NCBI RefSeq assembly: GCF_902652985.1
Contig: NC_047019.1
Location: forward strand, 21,390,001 to 21,454,000
Source: Pecten maximus
Lineage: Eukaryota
Direction: 5' to 3'
Length of the DNA: 64,000 nt
Positions 53,511-64,000 of the stretch are shown piece after piece. The notes below the pieces were generated by a model. It did not search any database, was not told where the DNA came from, and saw only the letters and a list, made by a program, of their open reading frames with translations. A program made the translations under genes and the position numbers. The first letter of the stretch is position 1. Every line of letters starts with the position of its first letter.

Positions 53511-54689
53511 ATAACAAAAATGATCACAGGAAATGTATAGTCATAGATTAGCCTCTCGTAGACCGAGGCTGACTAGTACGGACTAGAGTGTATCTGTAAG
53601 ATGAACGAACATTGTGAAGGCTTCATGATACCCGACAATCGTGCTGATGTTCTCTTTGAACCATTAGTGAACTTGATGCCTAATTTTTGTTGTTGTTTAT
53701 GTTTTTTTTTTTTTTTTTTTGTAAAACGATTTGTTAGTTTGAGGGCATATGGGTACAGCTATGATACCGTAGTCCGTGTTGCAGTCCGTATGTTTTGATT
53801 TTCTACGACCACAGCTAGAGCCTACACCCGTTCATATCCTGCCTTGATTGACACAAAATAACATCAGTGTAGTTGGTAAGTAATTGTTGAAAAGATTTTT
53901 TTTTAATTATTGAAGATTTTAGACTTTCCTCCATTGATAGACTGTCATTTATTGCTCTCCAAGTGCAATCAGTGCCTACATCTTGGATTTATGTCATTGG
54001 GTAGTAGTAAGCATGCATTTTGACGAGTTAACCTCACATCATTGTTGCTGGATTTGACATTAGACAATGGACTTGTTAATGATATAATGCAACCTTTAGA
54101 CTGCTTACCTTATTTGAAATTAATGCTATTTCTCTTTCACAATTTGCAAGATAAGATTCCTATTGATCAAACGCGTAAAGAGCGCCCATGTGCGTCCCAG
54201 TTCCCGGTAGTGCACTACATACATTTGTGAAAGATATATATGTCAAAAAACTATGTCAGTACAATCGACAGTTTCTGTAGTTAACTTAATTAGTTCTAAT
54301 TTATTGCATAATTACAATCAACTGTAGTTATTATATAAGCAGTATGCCATGTACGGATGAATGGCATGATGAGTGAATGCGATATTTTGCGTTTGTTACT
54401 ATTTTGGGAAGGATTTTCATTGGTTGAGTAACGATTATACATGTATGTGTGTTGTGACGTTTTTGTGTCAGAGGTTGGGGTCGCAAAGTTCACTTTAAAT
54501 ATCCCTTTACAATATAAGGTCTTCAATTTTAATATCTAGGGTATTCGCTAAATGGTTAACAGAGTTTTGTTGTTCATTTTCTCATCGTCTAAATAAAATA
54601 CCACACGACGTTAAACTGAATTTTGCTTCGGATAAAAGATACACTTTAAAGACAGTTTGTTATATCAAATAAAATGTAAAATATACCAA

Positions 54690-55149
54690 GGCCCGGTTTC
54701 ATCAACGTTCCTTAACTTTTAGGAGCTCCTTAAATCAACATTTTCCTTAAATCTAAGGAAAATTCCTTAACTTAAATAAAATGCGTTCATGAAATTTCCT
54801 TAACTTAAATATGTCCATAAACTTAAGGAATTCCTTTAATATTTAAGGCCGCATTTTCCCCAGCATTAAATCACTAAGGAGCTCCTTAAGCTAGTAAATG
54901 TGGCGTTAATTCATATTCAACGAGCAAGGCTACGCCAATAAGAAGAAAACAAAGAACATTTCGGAGATTGGGGAATCGTTTGGAAAAGGGCAACGAACAA
55001 ATATTCGCTCGATTTAGATTCTCATATACAACATTACTCCAATAATAGTACAGGTTAAGTTTTTAAGATAAGGAATTTTTCCTTAGATTTAAGGAAAATG
55101 TTCATTTAAGGAGCTCCTTAAAGTTACGGAACGTTGATGAAACCGGGCC
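54690..55149 (+). mobile_element. PIF/Harbinger deletion derivative (MITE)
   Basis: ~85-bp TIRs GGCCCGGTTTCATCAACGTTCC.. / ..GGAACGTTGATGAAACCGGGCC and imperfect 3-bp TSD CAA/CAG. The interior translates to RTFRRLGNRLEKGNEQIFARFRFS, resembling a Harbinger transposase N-terminus. Confidence 0.8.
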
Positions 55150-55473
55150 CAGTAGTCTCAGAACAGACTATATCTATTATTATGAGTTTCACAATTTGAA
55201 TGATTGGAAGTTACTATTACTCCCTTATCTTCTCTAAATGAAAAGTAAAAAAATAACAGGTACCCCGAGATCTTATTCATGGGACAATAAAATCCTTTAC
55301 AAAACAAGTTTACTTTCCTGTTTGGAGCACACTTTAAAAGGCTTCATGAAGGATTAATGAAGAAATAAGTGATGAAATTATCTGGGTATATTAGAAAAGA
55401 TCAGTGTCAGAAATGAAAAGACACTGAATCCAGAGAATATAATTTAAGCATATATTTACCTTTCAGAATCACA

Positions 55474-56266
55474 ATGATGCAAGCCTTGGATGACGTTGCT
55501 ACTACAAATATACTTGACAGTCGTGGACGGGAAGCAAGCTTTAGGGAGTGGCCTCATTCAAACATTCCTACAGGACCACTGGTGGTAGCTGGATTTTCCT
55601 ATACGAACTCAGGATCATCGACAGTAAAATGTATAGCATGTGGATTGGAGGTAGACGCTTCAAGTTTAAACGGGACAAATCCTTATGTTTTCCATGTGTT
55701 ACGGTCTCCAGAATGTTCGTTCTTCTATCCAGCCAATCCTTATAGGCGGGAGTCGGACCGCAGACAGACCTTCCTCTATTGGATAGGATACGATGGGGCC
55801 CCGGATGTTGATGATCTAGTTTCGGCTGGATTTTATGTAGCAGGTAGGCCTATGACATCATCTTTGCAAACTTTTAACCACTGTGCTATAGAAAACCTAA
55901 ATACGTCTACACTGATGGATATATTATTTATCCACGATAGAATTATCTGCATCAGCTAAAACACCTTCAAAAGATCAGAAGTATGCTTTTTAAACAATAA
56001 ATTTGTCAAGTTATATAAAACAGATTATTTTCTGTCATACTGAAACTATTTTTGAGATAAAATTCCCACATATGTATATAAGAAAAAATGTTTTTTTCTT
56101 TAATGCAGAATTTGGAGAGGACAAACTTCGATGTTTCTGTTGTGATTTAAATATATTGTCTCCGAATCAAACGGCAGAATTAAGACAGGAACACGCTCGA
56201 CTGAGCCCGAACTGTGTCTTTATAAGGAACTGGATGTTGCAGGAATCAAACGGTCGGGGCCGGTAA
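55474..56266 (+). CDS. IAP-like gene 6: two tandem BIR domains, no RING (~175 aa)
   Basis: Exons 55474-55843 and 56109-56266 (phase 1). BIR1 REASFREWP...AGFSY...VKCIAC-x17-H-x6-C. BIR2 RRQTF..W...LVSAGFY...LRCFCC-x16-H-x6-C. Stop follows shortly after. Confidence 0.88.
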
Positions 56267-56945
56267 AGACATAACAGTTTTCTTTGCCGCGTCCGCCTGA
56301 AAATCATTGGGACAAAGACGGATATTTGGCTTTTATTTTTGTTAGAATATCTTTGTTTTTATTGCCATAAAAGGTAAGGGAAAGTTTTGATAAGATCATA
56401 ATTTCTGCAGATGCCCTTGAGGTCTCACGAGTCTGCGTTATAAAGCGGAACTTATCATTTCAATCATATTATTTGTAATATTTAAATATTCATACGATTA
56501 TGTCTATTTGACATGTATGTTCTGAACTGAATGATATATATTATCATTTTTTTCAGTAACATATGCTGAAAAAACGGTATAATTACAATAGATATGCATT
56601 ATTAAATTTTGTTGTACATTTAAATCCAGATGAAATAAAACAATTTCAAATATAAGACATTGTCTTTACTCTCATTTATTTTTCAATATTACCAGACGTT
56701 GTATAATCTCAAATGTTGATGCCGTTACCAGGCCAACTACAAAATTAAACAGAGTGCTAAACGTGTAAGTATTTGGTGAATTCTTCCTCTTTAATGATAT
56801 TTGTTATTCCTTACATTAATGAAAAAATAGTTTGTCTCTAATTTCGTTTTGATGACATAGGTTGCAAATTCCATTTTCTCTAGGGATATTATTAAACCTG
56901 CCATGTTCGAAATAAAGTAACAGTATTTTTCTTAAACTAAATCAA

Positions 56946-57262
56946 TGGAGGCACAAGTATCTAGCGGTTGGACGTAGGGCTACTTGACCGAAGGGTCGCT
57001 AGTTCGAATCCCACAAATGGCACAAACACAGTGTTGCATCCTTGAACTACAAGATACCTTACTTCGTTGTGTTTCAGTCGACACAACTGTAAATGAGTAC
57101 AAGATAGGACAACGCAAGAAATGCTAGCGCCCAAACGCCAGCTCCGGCTGTTTGTTCCCAAGGGAGTCAAGAAAGGCATTCGTTGGTTGCTAAAAGTTCG
57201 ATAATTATGGATAGTAATTTGTAAACCGCTTTGAGACGGATGCATTGCTTTAATAGAGCAAT
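56946..57262 (+). mobile_element. tRNA-derived SINE
   Basis: tRNA-like head with B box GTTCGAATCCC, central CAGTCGAC.CA.CTGTAAATG.GTAC block, and LINE-like tail TGTAAACCGCTTTGAG. Confidence 0.75.
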
Positions 57263-60230
57263 TCTTATTATGTAGGAAATATAACCTCTCGATTGACAGT
57301 AAATTAGACCTCTTTGAAAAAGCTATTAAACAAAAAAAGCGTTACAAATTGTTTAAAGGCGAACAGAGGACCACGGAATATGGAGGTCAATTTAAACAAA
57401 ATATCCTTCAAATATCAAATAAAATAAATAAATAAATTCATATATTACATATTCCCTGGATAATATGTCAGACAGTTTGAGAGTGTTTTTGGCATTGAGT
57501 TAATGGCTGGGTGAAATGAGGGAAGAAGGAAGGGAGGAAACAATGGTTGAACACATGTGTGAATAAGTAATTACACATATAAATCTTTTTCTTGGCCGTG
57601 AAAAATGGGAGAGAAAAGTTTTGAACTATATCGAAAAAATAAATGAATAAAATCATATATTAATATCAAGTGGAAATATACTATCAATATAATAATTATA
57701 TCCAAATTTTCATGACCAAGAAAAATATTAAACCAAAATAAATAATTAGATATGGTTCACTCTGATACACAGAGTTCCTATTTTATGACATCATGTCAAC
57801 TAACTTAATATTTCTACCAATATAGGACATGTTCAGTAAACCTCCCGCCCCCCCCCCCCCCGTTCTTCTAATTATTCATTATCGAAACAAATTAATAATC
57901 ATGGAATAGAAGCCGAAAAAGATCAATATTGTTTTATTTGTTTGTTTGTTTCAATAAAAGGACATTTGTAGTGCTCTAGATCGATTAAATTTACAATACC
58001 TTATTTTCTGTTATGATTTGACTTTATCTGAAGCCAGTGTTTTTCATTGGCTGACCGCGGCCTTTAACATGCCGACTGATAGTAAGAGCTGTCCCTACAA
58101 TAACCACGAGGATATTTCGGGAAGGGAAATCAATTTTCTATAAAATATAGGTCTGATCCACTTGGGGTCGGTGGGCGGGGCCTAAAATAGGGTAATTAAC
58201 AAATCCTTTTAAATCCCTATCCTGTGTTTAGATGTAAGGAAGTGTTCAAAACGACCGTTGGAATCGTAGGAGAACTAATAACATTTAATGCATATATTTT
58301 ATCTTAAACTCTTAACCACTAAGAAAAAAAAATATAGTTGATTTCAAAAGGAATATCCATGAGCATTGTACTAATGGTTGGGGTTACTTTTCTTTGAAGA
58401 TGATTCATAATGTACAAGTGAATCCCAATACTCCGGGTAGGGCGGAGCTTAATTTACGTTGTACGAGAACTTACCCGCTATCACGTCGGGGGCGGAGCCT
58501 AGCTGAATGACTTCTGAGTTATTTGTCACAGTTGGGCTCATTAACTAGATTTCCAGTTTTTCCAGGATACTTGATGCCAAATAAAATGTCACATGACAGT
58601 TGTTGAAGAGTACCAGGGCTACCAGTTATGTCATGGAAGGACTGATGGCAAACAATAAAACAATGCTATTTATTTGACATTTAGCAGCGAGGTTTGTTCA
58701 ATGAAAATATAAGATACACAACAAAATATTTCCAATACATCTTTCTCGTGAATGACAGTCTGTCATACACAGCAGAAAAATTTAAGTTCCCCAATTCACT
58801 TCACACACAGCATGTTTACATGTACAGTATCTCAAACGAGTTATACCACTAATGTCACGAATACTAATAAACACATGTGCAGAGTAACGACTTCAACTAA
58901 GGTAAGCTGAATGGGTGATGATGCAACGTGACACCGAATACATAAGTGAAGGGGCGGGGATTCGACACACTGCGTAGCTAAGCGTTGTTCGTGCGGTCAA
59001 AGGTCACGACGTCTTCCGCTCGAAATAAACTCCATCGAAGCTGTCAGTATTACTGTCAGACATAGAAACCATTGGTCGTTAATTCTTTAAGAAATTCGCC
59101 GCATCCTAGGAAGCTAGCAGGTGAGTCTTTAGGACAAGCTGGTGTCGTTTCTGCTAAATAATATTTTGACAGATAAACAATATTCAGTATAAGCGGTACT
59201 GTTTTTAGTAAGGACACGTGTTCGTGGAATTGACAGCAATCAGCTGAGTAGAAGCGGAAAGCATTTTTGATATAAAGTATGTTTTAATTTGCAAGGATGA
59301 CATTATTGATATCGAAGACTAGTTATTTGAACGATTTACAGAAATATCTCCTTCACTGTCTCTCGACCTCGGTTGTCAGTGTCATTGTTTTCATCATAGA
59401 ATTCTAGATGCTATTTTTAACCCCCCAGGGTACCGCAACAACCAGGTACTGCAACATGTTTCGTCTCTGATTAGTGTAAAGGGAGTCAATATCATACTCG
59501 CCATGAAAAAACACAATAGTTGATTACGGTCAAGAATTGCAATTCACAAATCATGCGATTACGGTCGCATGCTGAATGTGGACTAAATATAAATAACGAT
59601 TTGTTGATGTTGTGGTGGTTTTAGTAACCATTGTGGTCCCGGTGGTTTGATTACGTTTGTGGAAAACAAAATATTTAAAACGATCAATAGCATACAGACG
59701 ACAACAGAAATATCACTACAGCGTATCACACAAACCAGCTTCTAGCTATATTTATTTTTCTCGTATTTATTTGTTATGTATTTGTTTATTAACCGGTGTT
59801 TTCGACTGCCATAACGGCCTAGTTTCTGATGAGAAACATGCGGGGGCTTCCCCGTTCTATTTTTAGCGACTTCCTATCCTACCAGTTATTGTTGTGTATT
59901 TTATTAAAATCCATAACGATCTGCTGAGTAGTTTAGTTATATATGATAAAAAGCAAAACATTGATAAATTAAAATTTGGTTAACAATTAACAGATATTGA
60001 CTTGTAACAACCGAACTCCAGTTTTATCAATGCAGTCTTTAACTTGAAGTCTCTTCATGATTTATAATTTCAGATAAATTCCAAAACTAAGATATTTTAC
60101 TTATATCTAATGTTTGTTTACTTTGCAAAGCTTAAGGCACGTTGACGAAACTGAGCCCGAGGAATGTAGCATAAACTAGTTAATTTTAACCTACAAAGCA
60201 TAAAAAATAATGATTATCTCTTAAGATAGG

Positions 60231-60582
60231 CTGAATAAGTACAGACCATGTACATTGTATAGTTATTGTGCGGTCTGAATAAGTACAGACCATGTACATT
60301 GTATAGTTATTGTGCGGTCTGAATAAGTACAGACCATGTACATTGTATAGTTATTGTGCGGTCTGAATAAGTACAGACCATGTACATTGTATAGTTATTG
60401 TGCGGTCTGAATAAGTACAGACCATGTACATTGTATAGTTATTGTGCGGTCTGAATAAGTACAGACCATGTACATTGTATAGTTATTGTGCGGTCTGAAT
60501 AAGTACAGACCATGTACATTGTATAGTTATTGTGCGGTCTGAATAAGTACAGACCATGTACATTGTATAGTTATTGTGCGGT
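60231..60582. repeat. Perfect 44-bp tandem repeat x8
   Basis: CTGAATAAGTACAGACCATGTACATTGTATAGTTATTGTGCGGT; 352 bp equals 8 units. Confidence 0.97.
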
Positions 60583-60818
60583 CCTCGAGTGACAATGATT
60601 TTATAACACCCGATAGACTATATGACATAAGATCTGAAGGCCTCACATTAACATTGGTTAAATATGTTTAAAGTTTTAACAGTGTGATGATATTTTGACC
60701 TTGGCCTCGGACTCTGTAATACGGACTTGATTAACATTTGTAGCCTAGGTGTTATTATTCCTAAACTCAGACTCTGTCTTTACAATGTAATGTTTCCAGT
60801 GTGCCGTTATCAGGAAAA

Positions 60819-61564
60819 ATGGATTTCAAGAAGACATTCAACAGACGGGAAGCAAGCTTCAGACAATGGCCCCATCTGAACATTCCAACGGGACCACCCA
60901 TGGTAACCGGATTTTCCTATACCAACTCCGGATTATCTACAGTAAAATGTACATCCTGTGGATTGGAGGTAGACGTTGCAAGTTTAAAAGGGACTAGTCC
61001 TTATGCCTTACATGTTTTACGATGTCCTGGATGTTTGTTCTTCTATCCAGACCATCGTTACAGACTGGAGTCGGACCGCAGACAGTCCTTCCTGTACTGG
61101 ATAGGACACAATGGGGCCCCGGATGTGGACGATCTAGTTGCGGCTGGATTTTATGTAACAGGTCATATGTCTTTTTTTTTTTATTTATTCTACATGTAAA
61201 ATCTGAGGTAACCCCCGGAATATCGAGGAAGGTGTTGTAGATAAAAATATTATGCTCACGTACTTTTGTAATTTACTGTACAAATGAAAATAGTTTTAAA
61301 AAATCAATGAAAAAAATGATGAAACAAGTTAACTAGGAAATACGGCTTTTAGCAAAACATGTAAATGCATGATTAAAAGCATGTGTTTTGTTCTTCACTA
61401 CAGATTGTGACGAGGACGAACTTCGATGTGTTTGTTGTGATTTAAGTCTATCGTCACGGAATCAAGCGACTGACATCAGACAACGACACGCTCTCCTGAG
61501 CCCGAACTGTGTCTTCATAAAGAACGCAATATTCCGGGACTCAAACGGTGGGGGCCAGTATTGA
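60819..61564 (+). CDS. IAP-like gene 7: two tandem BIR domains, no RING (~167 aa), paralog of gene 6
   Basis: Acceptor at 60799; exons 60819-61161 and 61404-61564 (phase 1). The second exon encodes DCDEDELRCVCCDLSLSSRNQATDIRQRHALLSPNCVFIKNAIFRDSNGGGQY*. Confidence 0.86.
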
Positions 61565-61744
61565 CTTATTCTTTATCCCCACGTCTGCTGTTTTCTAAAT
61601 CCTTAGTATCCATATTAATTCTATCGATTCAAACTGATTAGTGGCAATGATGCTGTATTGCATACCTGTATATATTAGTTATTTTTATAATTAATTACAT
61701 GTATATACATTTACCACATACATATATATATATATTTATATGTT

Positions 61745-62148
61745 TTGCCACCAAAACTTGGATTTGCCAATACTGTAATACTTACTTAATCAAGTACATA
61801 AAGCAGATATCCTAAAATTCACTTATGTTGATAATATTGATATTGAAGTCACAAAAACGATCAAAGTGTCAGAAACACCAAGTTATTGAAGTGAAGTCAC
61901 GATCAACATTTTGGTTCCAATCCAGAACTGCCATATTCGTACGCCTCTGGTATTCCTTATTACCGAATAAAATTCTCTTGTCATGGTATACCAGTGCTGC
62001 ATTATTGAATGGTTCAACATAATGCGTGTCTATACAATGGATATAGTCCTTTGCATTTTTGTAAATTTGTAAGCTATGGATTGTCTACAAAAGAAGTTTC
62101 TCTACAGCAGATTCCTTGATGGTAACCTTAGATGGCTTATAATTTTCA
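61745..62148 (-). mobile_element. Second fragment of the Kolobok-type transposon (transposase 3' end plus downstream sequence, internal deletion)
   Basis: Reverse complement matches ~12485-12750 (ENYKPSKVTIKES...DTHYVE..FNNAALVYHDKR..WNQNVDRDFTS) and ~12870-12990. Confidence 0.88.
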
Positions 62149-63047
62149 GGAGCAATGCTAGCTATAAGGTTGATCCCTCTAATACTGTTTGTGTAATAAA
62201 AAAGTAAGAGACCTTGAAATGAAATCAAACTAATAAAATATTTCAATATTCTCAATATAATAAATAAACATTATTTTTTAATATGATGGGTAAACAGATG
62301 AATCAACATTATATACTGTATAATATTGTAAACTTTATCGGAGTGGGTTATTCTCATGAAAATTTGCTACTGTCACTGACAATGAATAATCTCTAAGGAA
62401 TTCCAAAGTTTAAGTTTCTGATTCACTTATGATATTATTACAATTCAAAAGAGTGTGTATAACTGTTTAATGATGACAGGGTACATTTACTTCCATGTTA
62501 TTGGGCGATACAAACACTGACATTTAAACAATAAATGGGCGATACAAACACTGACATTTAAACAATAAATGACATCTTTCGTCAATATATAATGCATGTT
62601 AAAGGACGGTTGGTTTTGTATTGGTCTTATGTAGCTGAATTTTTAAATTATTGATAATAGATGGATTGATAACAATAATATAGCAAAATTATTTTTTCAT
62701 CACAAATTTAGTAAAATTCAGTATGTCTCAATAGTGTCAATTCAATAGCTAATAAACATTACATTACGCTGTACTGAAATGATAACGACACATGTCCACA
62801 TCATTGTTGCTGTTGTTACTGGGGGAGATTTTCATTATGAAAAGTTGATAAAAGTTTAAAGTTAAGTTTTTACATCTAGGTCACGCATGTCCCCCTATAA
62901 ATAATACACCTAATAGGGTTTCATTCACGACATTTTGTTACTTAGAGTTTAGATCTTAACTTTCTCTATTTATTTAACAACGATTTCGGAAGTTCTATAA
63001 ACTAATATCAATTACTCTTGTTGGCCCGGATGGTAGTAACCCAATCC

Positions 63048-63145
63048 TGAGAGATCACGTGGATATTTTCCATGAGAGATCACGTGGATATTTTCCATGA
63101 GAGATCACGTGGATATTTTCCATGAGAGATTACGTGGATATTTTT
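63048..63145. repeat. 25-bp tandem repeat x4 containing an E-box CACGTG
   Basis: TGAGAGATCACGTGGATATTTTCCA repeated; the last copy varies. Confidence 0.9.
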
Positions 63146-63170
63146 ATATTTTTTAATATAATTGATTAGT

Positions 63171-64000
63171 GACGTATTTCATGTATCATTATATGTCTCG
63201 GATTAGTTATCTCGTGATTAGGGACGTATTTCATGTATCATTATATGTCTCGGATTAGTTATCTCGTGATTAGGGACGTATTTCATGTATCATTATAGGT
63301 CCCGGATTAGTTATCTCGTGATTAGGGACGTATTTCATGTATCATTATAGGTCTCGGACTAGTTATCTCGTAATTAGGGACGTATTTCATGTATCATTAT
63401 AGGTCTCGGATTAGTTATCTCGTAATTAGGGACGTATTTCATGTATCATTATAGGTCTCGGATTAGTTATCTCGTGATTAGGGACGTATTTCATGTATCA
63501 TTATAGGTCTCGGATTAGTTATCTCGTGATTAGGGACGTATTTCATGTATCATTATAGGTCTCGGATTAGTTATCTCGTGATTAGGGACGTATTTCATGT
63601 ATCATTATAGGTCTCGGATTAGTTATCTCGTGATTAGGGACGTATTTCATGTATCATTATAGGTCTCGGATTTGTTATCTCGTAATTAGGGACGTATTTC
63701 ATGTATCATTATAGGTCTCGGATTAGTTATCTCGTGATTAGGGACGTATTTCATGTATCATTATAGGTCTCGGATTAGTTATCTCGTGATTAGGGACGTA
63801 TTTCATATATAATTATATGTCTCGGATTAGTTATCTCGTGATTAGGGACGTATTTCATGTATCATTATAGGTCTCGGATTAGTTATCTCGTGATTAGGGA
63901 CGTATTTCATATATCATTATAGGTCTCGGATTAGTTATCTCGTAATTAGGGACGTATTTCATGTATCATTATAGGTCTCGGATTAGTTATCTCGTAATTA
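63171..64000. repeat. 52-bp satellite array (~16 copies), continuing beyond the window
   Basis: GACGTATTTCATGTATCATTATAGGTCTCGGATTAGTTATCTCGTGATTAGG repeated to the window end. Confidence 0.97.

Noticed and set aside
56946-57030. tRNA gene
   Set aside because: B box is present but there is no intact acceptor stem, and the sequence continues into a SINE body and tail.

Overview
This window is eukaryotic, AT-rich, intron-containing DNA. It is probably from a bivalve mollusc, inferred from the repeat families and the expanded IAP cluster; no database search was possible. There is no sign of a prokaryotic or phage system. The backbone is a + strand tandem array of seven inhibitor-of-apoptosis (IAP/BIRC)-like genes, modelled by hand from GT-AG sites with consistent intron phases. 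Gene 1 is the 3' end of a RING gene. Genes 2-5 are close paralogs built as [degenerate single BIR]-[acidic repeat linker exon]-[C3HC4 RING], and gene 2 has lost its BIR core by an in-frame exon-fusing deletion. Genes 6-7 are small two-BIR, apparently RING-less genes. Interspersed repeats include a decayed Kolobok-like DNA transposon (DDE transposase plus a divergently oriented KolX-like ORF, with a second fragment ~50 kb away), Helentron-type non-autonomous elements carrying 155-bp arrays, a long-TIR element with a 9-bp TSD, a Harbinger MITE, a solo LTR inside a locally born 36-bp satellite, SINE and LINE relics and several minisatellites. There is a 100-N assembly gap at 43852-43951. The most novel signals are the shared non-canonical BIR zinc site, the split of the cluster into RING-only and BIR-only derivatives, and the variable-length linker exon. 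Gene models are predictions without transcript support.
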